The notes below the pieces were generated by a model. It made no database searches and was not told where the DNA came from. It was given only the letters and a program-made list of their open reading frames with translations. Of a stretch of DNA of 47,274 nucleotides, positions 37,135 through 45,966 are shown one piece after another. The position numbers and the translations under genes were made by a program. The stretch is taken from positions 1-47,274 of the forward strand of contig JAGSHJ010000001.1 in assembly GCA_023954595.1 (NCBI GenBank), given 5' to 3'. Position 1 is the first letter of the stretch. Every line of letters begins with the position of its first letter. This DNA comes from Bacteriovoracaceae bacterium (lineage in GTDB: Bacteria; Bdellovibrionota; Bacteriovoracia; Bacteriovoracales; Bacteriovoracaceae).

Positions 37135-38502
37135 TTATAGATATTTTTTATAATTTAGAACTTTTACCTTATAGCCGGCCTTTTCAAGGTCGGTTTTTAG
37201 TTTCTTAGAACCTAGTACAAAGATAAGTTGCTCACTAGGATCAAATAGCTTTCCAACTTCCTTCTTCACCTGATCCTTAGTTAGACTATCCACAGCTCCA
37301 GGAAATTCATAAATCTCTTCATACTCTCTTCCAACATGGTCAAAGTAGATTAGATTGCTTAAAAAGGCACTAGTTGACTCTAATCCAAACAAGTAACTAC
37401 CTTTGGCATATCTTTTAGCCATCTGGAAGTTATCTTCTTTAATTTTATTAGTACTGTTTCTTAAAACTTCTTTGATTGCATCCAATGTTTGGACGATTGT
37501 CTCATTTTTAGTAAAAGTAGAGATGCCCTTGCGGCCATACTTACTTTGCTCACTAGCATAAGATCCAATTGAATAAGTAAGCCCTCTAGCAACTCTAATT
37601 TCTTGCATCAAGCGAGAAGTAAATCCACCACCTAGAAACTGTGAAGTGAAATCGCGAACTTCATGATTCTTTGAAGACTCCTCAGCAGTCATAAAGTTTC
37701 CAATTCTGATTTGTGCCTGATTTGCTTTTGGAACAACTGCCAAGTAAACAGTCTTGTCATCGCCTCTTCTACTCTCTTTAGTTGCCTTAGGAGTTTTAAC
37801 GACAGCTTCACGCTTGCCCCACTTACAATCATTTTCAAATACGGCCTTAAGAGCTTTCATCTCTTTTGGACCTTTAATATAGATTCTCTTTTTGATGTCA
37901 TCATTTAGGAATTCAATCTTCTTTTTAAGATCACCCGAAGAGATTCTCCCAATACTTTTTAATGTGCCCCCTACCGGGTTTTCGTATCCAGTCCCCTTTA
38001 GGCTTTCCTTTCTGAAGATTCTATTCGCAAGCCCACTATGATTTGATGGAAGATTGCGAAGACCTGTCTTCATTCTTTTAACACTCTTTTTAAGCTCTGC
38101 TCTTGGGTAGGTCGCGTTTCTGAACATGTGACAAACCATTTTCATAGTAGGAACAGCGTCTTTAACAAGTCCACTCACATTGTAAGATGAAAATTCATGG
38201 GTAACGCTTGCTTGATAGCTTGCTCCATAGAACTCTAACGAGTCCAGAATTTCTTTTTGCTTATATCTCAAAGTCCCGGTACTAAGCAGATCAAAAGCAA
38301 GTTGTGTTTCACCATACTTCCCTGGAGCATCTGAGTATGCTCCTGCATGGAAATAAACAGATACATCGTAAACAGGATAGGAATCATCTTCTAACCAAAT
38401 GACTTCAACACCATTCCAAGTTTCCTTCCTTAGATTGTCTTCTAGATAATTGGCATTTGCGCCAAAACTTATAATTGCAAATAACGTGATTAACAGCTTC
38501 AT
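37135..38502 (-). CDS. M16-family peptidase, non-catalytic partner subunit
   Basis: 455 aa with a signal peptide. M16 fold blocks are present, but the HxxEH position reads ETQLAFDLL. Confidence 0.7.
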   Translation of the reverse strand: MKLLITLFAIISFGANANYLEDNLRKETWNGVEVIWLEDDSYPVYDVSVYFHAGAYSDAPGKYGETQLAFDLLSTGTLRYKQKEILDSLEFYGASYQASVTHEFSSYNVSGLVKDAVPTMKMVCHMFRNATYPRAELKKSVKRMKTGLRNLPSNHSGLANRIFRKESLKGTGYENPVGGTLKSIGRISSGDLKKKIEFLNDDIKKRIYIKGPKEMKALKAVFENDCKWGKREAVVKTPKATKESRRGDDKTVYLAVVPKANQAQIRIGNFMTAEESSKNHEVRDFTSQFLGGGFTSRLMQEIRVARGLTYSIGSYASEQSKYGRKGISTFTKNETIVQTLDAIKEVLRNSTNKIKEDNFQMAKRYAKGSYLFGLESTSAFLSNLIYFDHVGREYEEIYEFPGAVDSLTKDQVKKEVGKLFDPSEQLIFVLGSKKLKTDLEKAGYKVKVLNYKKYL

Positions 38503-38514
38503 ATTTTCCTCTAA

Positions 38515-39885
38515 TTATTTTTTATGTTTATTCCAGATTGATAAAAAGATCGCGTTATCTTTTACGATATAGTCCTTACACGCCTTTTTAACTTCTTCTA
38601 AATTGATAGACTGGTAAGTGGCCAATTCCTTTTTATAAAAATCATAGTCACCATAATATGCTTGTCTATCTCCAATAAACTTTGCAATCCCTTGATTAGT
38701 GTCTAATCCACTTAAATAAGAAACAAGGTATTGATTCTTAACCTTTTGAAGTTGTCTCTCATTAAGTGATTGTGCACACCCTCTTTGAAGATTTTTGAAA
38801 AGATCATTTCTGACAGTGTTAATTGAAACTCCATTGAGAAGTTGTCCACCTATAAAGAACACGCCACTCTCTAAAAGAGTGTAGTTTGCAGCATAAACAT
38901 TTGATAGCTTAGGCTTTCTGGCCAATACATACTTTTCACTTAGGTAAGAACTCTCACCATCGCCCAGCATAGAAGATAAGATATCCAGAGTATAAGCGAT
39001 TCTTGGACCGACTTTCACGCCTTTAAATCCCAACATAAATACAGGATCTTTTGTGTCTCCATGGAGTCTGATGTGACGTCCGCCATACTTCCCTTTAAAA
39101 TCAAATCCACCATTTTGCTTAAAGATTGATTCTTTGCGCTCTTTTAGTTTTTCGTTTTTAGGGATATCACCAAATTTTGATTCTACTTCTTTTATAACCT
39201 CATCGCTGTCAACATCACCAACGATTACAATGAAAGCGTTATTAGGAGCATAAAAAGTTTTGAAGTACTCAAACACTTGGTCTCTAGTTACATTCTTAAT
39301 GTCTTCAATTTTTCCGATAACAGGAATTCCATAAGGAGTTCCTTCAAACATGCTAGTCATCATCTCCAAATAGATCTTGCCTCTATCAGAGTTTTCATAA
39401 CGCATCTTTCTCTCTTCCAAGACTACGTTTTTCTCAGAAGCAAACGACTTAGGGTTTAATGCCAGATTTTGCATTCTATCTGCTTCAACATCAATAATCT
39501 TTTTGATGTGTTCAGATGGAAGACTCTCATAATAAACAGTCATATCACTAGTGGTGTAAGCGTTATTCTTACCACCACTTCCTTCAACCATTTTATCAAA
39601 CTCCCCTTCAGGATATTTTTTTGCACCTTTGAACATCATGTGTTCAAGAAAATGGGAGGATCCAGTAATCCCTGGCGTTTCAAACTTTCCGCCAACATCA
39701 AAATAGGTGTAATAAGATACCAATGGAAGCTTGTGATTTTCCACAACTAGAACTTTCAATCCATTGTCTAAAAGCTTTTCTTTAACTTCAAAGTGAATAA
39801 GGTCGCTCTCACTTCTACCTTGTTTTACATCCTTATTGGCACACCCTAAAAAACTGAGCATTGCCGCAAGCCAGATTAACTTCAT
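38515..39885 (-). CDS. M16-family zinc peptidase (catalytic subunit), lipoprotein
   Basis: 456 aa. Lipobox FLG-C and the inverted zinc motif HFLEHMMFKG (HxxEH). Confidence 0.85.
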   Translation of the reverse strand: MKLIWLAAMLSFLGCANKDVKQGRSESDLIHFEVKEKLLDNGLKVLVVENHKLPLVSYYTYFDVGGKFETPGITGSSHFLEHMMFKGAKKYPEGEFDKMVEGSGGKNNAYTTSDMTVYYESLPSEHIKKIIDVEADRMQNLALNPKSFASEKNVVLEERKMRYENSDRGKIYLEMMTSMFEGTPYGIPVIGKIEDIKNVTRDQVFEYFKTFYAPNNAFIVIVGDVDSDEVIKEVESKFGDIPKNEKLKERKESIFKQNGGFDFKGKYGGRHIRLHGDTKDPVFMLGFKGVKVGPRIAYTLDILSSMLGDGESSYLSEKYVLARKPKLSNVYAANYTLLESGVFFIGGQLLNGVSINTVRNDLFKNLQRGCAQSLNERQLQKVKNQYLVSYLSGLDTNQGIAKFIGDRQAYYGDYDFYKKELATYQSINLEEVKKACKDYIVKDNAIFLSIWNKHKK

Positions 39886-39937
39886 TTACATCTCCGTATG
39901 TATATTCTTTTTACCCACTGTTTGGTAAAGTTATATT

Positions 39938-40756
39938 ATGAAGAATAATTGTAACGAAGTTGTGGCACTTGGTACAGGAACATCTACCGGGATTCCTATG
40001 ATAGGCTGTTCCTGTAAGGTATGTTGCTCAGATAACCCTAAGAATAAAAGATACAGAACGAGTATTTTACTCAAGACATCTTCAAATAAAACGATTCTTG
40101 TGGACACGACACCTGATCTAAGAAGTCAGTTTCTTGAAAACAATATTGTCGATTGTGACGCCTGCATTATTACCCATGAACATGCTGATCATGTCCATGG
40201 CATAGATGATCTTAGACCCTTAACATTTGCAAAACAAAGTCCGATTCCAGTTTATACTTACGACTTATGTGCAGATCATTTAAGAGAGAAGTTTCCATAC
40301 ATTTTTAAGACAAAAGACCATTTTAAAAATAAGGCCGTACTTGGTGGTGGAATTCCAAAGCTTGAATTGCATTCAATAGAACAGGACTCAAAGATCCTTG
40401 GAGAAGATTTTGAATTTTTCCTCCTACCTCATGGACACACCAAGACTCTTTCCTTTATTCACAAAAAGTTTGGTTTTGCAGTAGATTGCAAAACGATCCC
40501 AAGACCATGGATAGAAAAACTAAAGGCCTCTAAGCTTGATCTTTTCATCCTCGACTGTGTCAAAAGAGACCCCCATCAAACTCACCTTCACTTAGATGCT
40601 GCACTTGAAATAGCAAAAGAAGTTGGGGCTAAAAGAACTGGGCTCATTCACATGGGCCATGAACTTGAACACGAACACATGACTCAAGAGCTCAATGGCC
40701 TTGATTTTGATGTTTTTCCCCTCTATGACAGACAGATTCTCACCTATGGGGAGTGA
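39938..40756 (+). CDS. MBL-fold hydrolase, PhnP-like
   Basis: 272 aa. N-terminal GTGTSTGIPMIGCSCKVCCS (Cys cluster typical of PhnP-type enzymes) and ITHEHADHVHG. Confidence 0.7.
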   Translation: MKNNCNEVVALGTGTSTGIPMIGCSCKVCCSDNPKNKRYRTSILLKTSSNKTILVDTTPDLRSQFLENNIVDCDACIITHEHADHVHGIDDLRPLTFAKQSPIPVYTYDLCADHLREKFPYIFKTKDHFKNKAVLGGGIPKLELHSIEQDSKILGEDFEFFLLPHGHTKTLSFIHKKFGFAVDCKTIPRPWIEKLKASKLDLFILDCVKRDPHQTHLHLDAALEIAKEVGAKRTGLIHMGHELEHEHMTQELNGLDFDVFPLYDRQILTYGE

Positions 40757-40859
40757 GTAGGGCATTTTTTTCAGATTTGAAGTATTTTTCAGTGTTTAAA
40801 ACTCGAATTTCTTGTATAGTTTCCACATATTTACAACGATTTTTGAAGCGAGGAAAGCC

Positions 40860-41978
40860 ATGAAAATTGCCGTTCCAAAGGAAATTAAAAACAACGAAAA
40901 CCGCGTGGGCCTTGTACCAAGTGGTGTTAGACAACTAGTTCAAGATGGTCACGAAGTATTCGTACAAGCGACTGCAGGTGAAGGGATCGGTATTTCCGAC
41001 GAGATGTATATCGAAGCGGGGGCTAAGATTACACCTACTCTTGAAGAGACTTTCGCTGCCGGCGAAATGATCATTAAAGTTAAAGAGCCTCAGCCAGTTG
41101 AGATTGCTCTTTTAAGGCCTCATCACATTCTTTATACGTATCTGCACCTTTCTGCAGATAAGGATCTGACTCAAGGTCTAATGGATTCAGGTGCGACTTG
41201 TATCGCTTATGAAACAATCCAATTCCCTGACGGATCTCTACCTCTACTTGTTCCTATGAGTGAAGTTGCTGGTAGAATGGCCACTCAAGTTGGTGCCATG
41301 TGTCTGCAAAAAGACAAAGGCGGCAAAGGACTTCTCCTTGGAGGTGTTCCAGGTGTTCATAGAGCAAAGGTTACAGTTATTGGTTGTGGTATCGCAGGTA
41401 CTAATGCAACAAAAATGGCCATGGGCCTAGGTGCAGACGTAACTTGTATTGATTTAAACACAAAAAGATTAGCTGAAATGGATGATCTTTTTGACAACAG
41501 AATCACAACTCTATTCTCTAACACTCAGAACATTGAGGAAGCAGTAATTAACTCTGACCTTGTTATTGGTGCAGTTTTAGTTCCAGGGGCAAAAGCTCCA
41601 AAGCTTGTTACTAGAGATATGATTTCTAAAATGGAAGCTGGTAGCGTTGTTGTTGACATCGCTGTTGACCAGGGTGGATGTATTGAAACATGTAAGCCAA
41701 CAACTCACCAGAATCCGACTTTTACAGTCGATGATGTTGTTCACTACTGTGTTGCAAATATGCCAGGTGCAGTTCCTAGAACTTCTACTTACGCGCTTAC
41801 AAACGTAACTCTTAAGTACGCAAGAATGATCGCTAGAAATGGTGTAGAAAAGTCAATCGCGGCTGATCAAGCACTTAAACTTGGCGTGAATATCTATAAA
41901 GGTGACTTGGTTTATGAGCAAGTAGCTCAAGACCTTGAACTGCCTTACACTCCTCTTCAAGCGGAAAAATATCTATAA
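40860..41978 (+). CDS. ald: alanine dehydrogenase
   Basis: MKIAVPKEIKNNENRVGLVPSGV and the NAD motif VIGCGIAGTNA. The start is set at the ATG at 40860 (GAGGAAA upstream) instead of 40812. Confidence 0.92.
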   Translation: MKIAVPKEIKNNENRVGLVPSGVRQLVQDGHEVFVQATAGEGIGISDEMYIEAGAKITPTLEETFAAGEMIIKVKEPQPVEIALLRPHHILYTYLHLSADKDLTQGLMDSGATCIAYETIQFPDGSLPLLVPMSEVAGRMATQVGAMCLQKDKGGKGLLLGGVPGVHRAKVTVIGCGIAGTNATKMAMGLGADVTCIDLNTKRLAEMDDLFDNRITTLFSNTQNIEEAVINSDLVIGAVLVPGAKAPKLVTRDMISKMEAGSVVVDIAVDQGGCIETCKPTTHQNPTFTVDDVVHYCVANMPGAVPRTSTYALTNVTLKYARMIARNGVEKSIAADQALKLGVNIYKGDLVYEQVAQDLELPYTPLQAEKYL

Positions 41979-42009
41979 TTTGCCTATTGGCCAAATATGT
42001 TTCCAGTTG

Positions 42010-42018
42010 TGCTAGAAT
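42010..42018 (+). promoter_or_regulatory. possible extended -10 promoter element (TGcTAGAAT) abutting the fliL start codon
   Basis: TGCTAGAAT ends about 6 nt before the ATG at 42025, and no Shine-Dalgarno sequence lies between them. Coordinates are +/-1 nt. Confidence 0.3.
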
Positions 42019-42024
42019 ATATGC

Positions 42025-42495
42025 ATGACTGGAAACCCTGGCCTAGATAAAATCATTTTTGGTATAAACGGATTGGTAGTAATTGCTGCCTCAGCTCTTG
42101 TTGTGTATTCCCACACAATGGTCAAGACTCCCCCAACAGACGAATCAGCAGAGTTCTCCTCCATGGTTGCCAACAGCATGGTTGAGTTTCAAAAACCGCA
42201 AGTTCAATTTCCTGAGATGGTTGTAAACCTCTACTCTAGAGAAGCTCGTCTTAGATTCATAAACCTGAAAATGAATATCGAGACATTCGAGCAGGAGCAA
42301 ATCGAACAGATCGAAAACTCAAAGTCTCTAATCCAAGATGCATTAATAGACATCGCCTCAAACATGCGTCCTGAAGAAGTTAACTCGGTAACGGGAAGAA
42401 TTTTGTTGGAAACGAGAATTAAGAATAAAGTTAACAGCAAACTTTCAAAGCCTGCTGTTAAAAAGATTTATTTTTCTAAATTTATTGTTCAGTAA
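42025..42495 (+). CDS. fliL: flagellar basal-body-associated protein FliL
   Basis: 156 aa. One N-terminal TM segment, then VVNLYSREARLRFINLKMNIE...ALIDIASNMRPEEV...GRILLETRIKNKVN...KIYFSKFIVQ, the FliL family pattern. Confidence 0.75.
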   Translation: MTGNPGLDKIIFGINGLVVIAASALVVYSHTMVKTPPTDESAEFSSMVANSMVEFQKPQVQFPEMVVNLYSREARLRFINLKMNIETFEQEQIEQIENSKSLIQDALIDIASNMRPEEVNSVTGRILLETRIKNKVNSKLSKPAVKKIYFSKFIVQ

Positions 42496-42508
42496 TCAAG
42501 TTAGACGA

Positions 42509-42685
42509 CTACTCGCCTTGAACTTCATCCTTAGATGCAACTTTTTCGTAAGCTGAATCTGCTTCTTCTGGAAGGTTATTTAGGTAATCATCAATGTCTT
42601 TCTTAGTAATTTTACCTTCTGCAAGCAGACGGTCTCTAAGTCTTGAATCCATTAATTTATCTTCTAGGGCCAAACGAAGTTTCAT
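42509..42685 (-). CDS. small acidic protein (58 aa), unannotated in the ORF track
   Basis: ATG at 42685..42683 with AAGAGGA 6 nt upstream. Translation: MKLRLALEDKLMDSRLRDRLLAEGKITKKDIDDYLNNLPEEADSAYEKVASKDEVQGE. It falls below the 60-aa cutoff of the track. Confidence 0.55.
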   Translation of the reverse strand: MKLRLALEDKLMDSRLRDRLLAEGKITKKDIDDYLNNLPEEADSAYEKVASKDEVQGE

Positions 42686-42751
42686 ACGTTATCCTCTTAA
42701 GTAAAGTATTTGAACGTCATCAAATATCATATACATGCTCAATTAGTCAAT

Positions 42752-43486
42752 CTACTGCCAATATTTTGGATCCTGTGGGTCAGCTTTTTTAGGTTCATCG
42801 TCTCTGACGATCCTGAGCTTTCCACGCCCCTTCTTTTTAGGGCTTTTAGGCATAAGGTCCCCAAATCGTTGACCTCTGGCCTGCATAGATCTCCATTTTA
42901 AAAATAAGAAACCAGCAGCACCTGCGGTTAAATGGGCCCATGAAGCCTTACCATTTGCTGAAAATAATCCCATATAAAGCTCAATTGCAGCCAAAATCAT
43001 GCAGAAGTATTTAGCTTTCATTGGGAACAGAAGCATGAAAGTAAGCTGTCTTTCCGAGAAAATGATTCCATAGGCTATAAGCAGCGCAAAAATCATCCCA
43101 CCTAGTCCCTGTAGGGGAACATATTGGAAAGCACCGCCAAACATTGCTGAAATCAGTAAATATACAATTCCTGAACTAAAAGCAGCGATGGCCAAGAATT
43201 TAATATAAAAAACCTGTCCCCATCGTGATTCCAGATCTCCGCCAATAAACCAAATAAGCATGGAGTTGAATAGTGCAGACATAAAAGAGACTTCAATAAA
43301 GGGAAAGCTCACCAATTGATAAATTAGTCCCTGGGACATACCACCAAGACTTAATCCAAGAAAAGACGCTAGCCCTATACCAGCACTCGCTTTAAGAATA
43401 GAGTTTAATAGAAACAATCCCACGTGTGCGATTATTATATATTTATTAACCTTGCTTAAAGGCGGAACGTACATTTGAGCGTGCAT
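42752..43486 (-). CDS. rhomboid-fold membrane protein lacking the catalytic serine
   Basis: 244 aa, six TM segments. Rhomboid blocks are ALFNSMLIWFIGGDLESRWG (TM2-L1), GLGGMIFALL in place of GxSG (TM4), and WAHLTAGAAG (TM6 His retained). The C-terminal tail is basic. Confidence 0.65.
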   Translation of the reverse strand: MHAQMYVPPLSKVNKYIIIAHVGLFLLNSILKASAGIGLASFLGLSLGGMSQGLIYQLVSFPFIEVSFMSALFNSMLIWFIGGDLESRWGQVFYIKFLAIAAFSSGIVYLLISAMFGGAFQYVPLQGLGGMIFALLIAYGIIFSERQLTFMLLFPMKAKYFCMILAAIELYMGLFSANGKASWAHLTAGAAGFLFLKWRSMQARGQRFGDLMPKSPKKKGRGKLRIVRDDEPKKADPQDPKYWQ

Positions 43487-43493
43487 TATAACC

Positions 43494-43916
43494 TCATTTT
43501 TGTTTTTCAGAAATTTCTATAAGCGCACCACCAGTAGACTTGGGATGAATAAAGTTCACCAAGCAATTACCAGCTCCAACCTGTGCCTTTTCGTATAATA
43601 GCCTAAAGCCTTTAGACCTAAGCTCTTCTTCTTTAGCGACAATGTCTTTTACGCGAAAGCAAAGATGATGAATTCCTGGCCCTTTCTTATCGATATACTT
43701 GGCGATAGGACCATCTTCATGGGTTGATTGAAGAAGTTCGATATGTCCGTTCTCATCAATTGGCGCAAAGGCAGTTTTAACCTTCTGTGCAGGAACTTCT
43801 TCCCTTTCTTCTGAGAACTTAAGGCCTAGGGCCTCATAAACTTTAACACTCTCCTCTAGATCATTTACTGCTAATGCAACATGGTCTAGAACGCAATCTT
43901 CCAATTCAGGCAACAT
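43494..43916 (-). CDS. mce: methylmalonyl-CoA epimerase (VOC/glyoxalase fold)
   Basis: 140 aa. LDHVALAVNDLEESVKVYEALG, GPGIHHLCFRVKDI and GGALIEISE. Confidence 0.8.
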   Translation of the reverse strand: MLPELEDCVLDHVALAVNDLEESVKVYEALGLKFSEEREEVPAQKVKTAFAPIDENGHIELLQSTHEDGPIAKYIDKKGPGIHHLCFRVKDIVAKEEELRSKGFRLLYEKAQVGAGNCLVNFIHPKSTGGALIEISEKQK

Positions 43917-43975
43917 ATATAATCCTTTTTTAGGATATTATGCCCAACGTCTGGGAAGAAATCCAGTGTATGTAA

Positions 43976-45922
43976 TTAATTGTTTACTGGTACATCCTGA
44001 GGGTCGATAGCGTCATCACATCTATTTGGATCTTCAGGGTTGAATACAGGCTGCTCAGGCTGTTGTGGAGGCTGACACGTACCAATCACGTTGTTAGATC
44101 CAGCTTTACAATCACCATGCTCCTCGTAGGTATAGCACCTTTTTGCACAAGTTTTCTGTCCTTGAGCATCGAAGCCAGTGTTTACGATATAGCATTGAGT
44201 TACTGGGTGCTTCATACACCACTCTTTAGCAATACAAGTCTGGCCTGAAGGCTTTGAGCAAAATACTTGTGGATCTGAAAGGCTATCATGAACTGCACAC
44301 TTGCCGCTTGCTTGATTACAGCAAAGACTTGAACATTCATGATCACTTTGACAGCTATCGCCTGGTAGAGCGTTTCCATAAGTTGGAAGGTCTTCAACAC
44401 ACTGAGAAACGATGTCTTTTGACCAACAGCGCTTATTCATACAACACTCGTCCGCTCCACATTGACTAGTAGAAGAACATGACTGAAAACTTGAAAGAAG
44501 AACATTGTCTCCATCTGTATTAAGGTTTTCACCTTTTACTAATTGCAACTTAACTTCAGTAGTTGTGTCCACAACATTCTCTGTACCGTCATCAGCTACA
44601 GATATGATTTCAACCTGTGCAGTGACATTACATGAACCAACGTGTTCCCCGTTATAGTCATTCACCATAGATGAAACTCGTTCGTTACAACCGTCCATCC
44701 ATTGAGTTTCCCCATTGGAACCCATCACTTTTAGTGTCTTAGGATCACCAGGGATGGAGCTGCCCATGTATTCTACATTCTTTGATAGAGTTCGTTTTAT
44801 CTCTAGTGGGAAAAGCTTTGCCTGAGCTCCAAATTGGATTTCAGTACTATCTACACCTGCCACAGAGTTTAAGTTTAAAAACCTCTCAAAGATGCCACTC
44901 TCCCCTAGAAGAGCACTGTCAGCAATCTGCCATGAATTCAGGTTAATTGCCTGATATGGACCTTGATAGTAATAACTTCCAAGTGAGGTAGAACCTTCAA
45001 ATAACTCTTTCAAACTATTAGATGCAATCTCCCATTTAGAGTCGCTACTATTATAACTCGCTGAGAATGGAAAACTTGTAGACCCAATTGTATGAGTAGT
45101 TGTAGATGGGTTATTAGGTAGACAACGATCAAGGTTGATGTCATTGCTGTCATCATCCATAAGGTTTGTAGTCGCTGCTACATTAATCTCAGTAGGCAGA
45201 ATTGGTGTTAGCCAATCCGATTTAACCAGGCCTTTATCAAGAATTTTTGCATAAGCAAACTTACAAGTATCATTCGCTCCAGAACAGCCATCTGCCACTT
45301 TTCCTGTGAAAGTAGGATCATGCTCTAGTTTTAGGCCTCTACAGTACAACTTATCATCTCTATTAAATTGAACAGGTTCATTAAGCACACCAGAATCAGG
45401 AGTGCTATTTCCAAAGTCGTAATCGTTATAATCAAAAAGATCATACACAAGTCTTACACGGTCAAAGGGAGCGCTTCTCATATCCATTACTAAGACTTCC
45501 ACATTAGTTTGCGGAGTAAGCCCTGGAGCAGTTGAGATTGTTGCTGGAATATCGATTGGACTTGCATCAAGACCGAACTTAAAACGAACTTTCAAATTCT
45601 TATCAGAAAGTGTTGAGACGTTAATCCCCGCCAAGTACAAGTGTCCGTCATAGTTTTTAGGTAGCGTAAGCTTTCTTTGATAAGTTCCACCATCGCTACT
45701 ATCATCGACCTTAGGTTCAATAAGGTGTCGAATCTCTACCTTTGCTTCTACAAGTTCCGCTTCAGAGTCCAAGGACCCATCGCCTGGAACTGCCCCATTT
45801 CCAGTCCCGCCACCTACAGTGCCAGTGACATCATCTGAAAGAGAAGCAACTTGCCTATTGCTTGCGATATCTTCACAAGAGGCAAAAGTAAAAAATAGTG
45901 TAAATAGTAAAATCTTTTTCAT
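43976..45922 (-). CDS. large lipoprotein with a C-terminal Cys-rich (20 Cys) region
   Basis: 648 aa. Lipobox FAS-C. The N-terminal ~470 aa match no recognised family. Residues 482-635 contain 20 Cys, including two C-x5-C-x3/4-CC-x4/6-C modules. Confidence 0.6.
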   Translation of the reverse strand: MKKILLFTLFFTFASCEDIASNRQVASLSDDVTGTVGGGTGNGAVPGDGSLDSEAELVEAKVEIRHLIEPKVDDSSDGGTYQRKLTLPKNYDGHLYLAGINVSTLSDKNLKVRFKFGLDASPIDIPATISTAPGLTPQTNVEVLVMDMRSAPFDRVRLVYDLFDYNDYDFGNSTPDSGVLNEPVQFNRDDKLYCRGLKLEHDPTFTGKVADGCSGANDTCKFAYAKILDKGLVKSDWLTPILPTEINVAATTNLMDDDSNDINLDRCLPNNPSTTTHTIGSTSFPFSASYNSSDSKWEIASNSLKELFEGSTSLGSYYYQGPYQAINLNSWQIADSALLGESGIFERFLNLNSVAGVDSTEIQFGAQAKLFPLEIKRTLSKNVEYMGSSIPGDPKTLKVMGSNGETQWMDGCNERVSSMVNDYNGEHVGSCNVTAQVEIISVADDGTENVVDTTTEVKLQLVKGENLNTDGDNVLLSSFQSCSSTSQCGADECCMNKRCWSKDIVSQCVEDLPTYGNALPGDSCQSDHECSSLCCNQASGKCAVHDSLSDPQVFCSKPSGQTCIAKEWCMKHPVTQCYIVNTGFDAQGQKTCAKRCYTYEEHGDCKAGSNNVIGTCQPPQQPEQPVFNPEDPNRCDDAIDPQDVPVNN

Positions 45923-45960
45923 CTCAAACTACTTTTCGGTATTAAAAAATCTTACTTAAT

Positions 45961-45966
45961 TATAAT
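45961..45966 (+). promoter_or_regulatory. perfect TATAAT hexamer (a second TATAAT reads on the minus strand at 45964..45959)
   Basis: AATTATAATG lies in the divergent intergenic region between the 648-aa lipoprotein gene and the 144-aa gene. No convincing -35 element on either strand. Confidence 0.3.

Noticed and set aside
37135-39885. A pair of M16 peptidase genes, one with HxxEH and one without it.
   Set aside because: An active/inactive M16 heterodimer pair is a common, well-described arrangement. It was annotated but is not novel.
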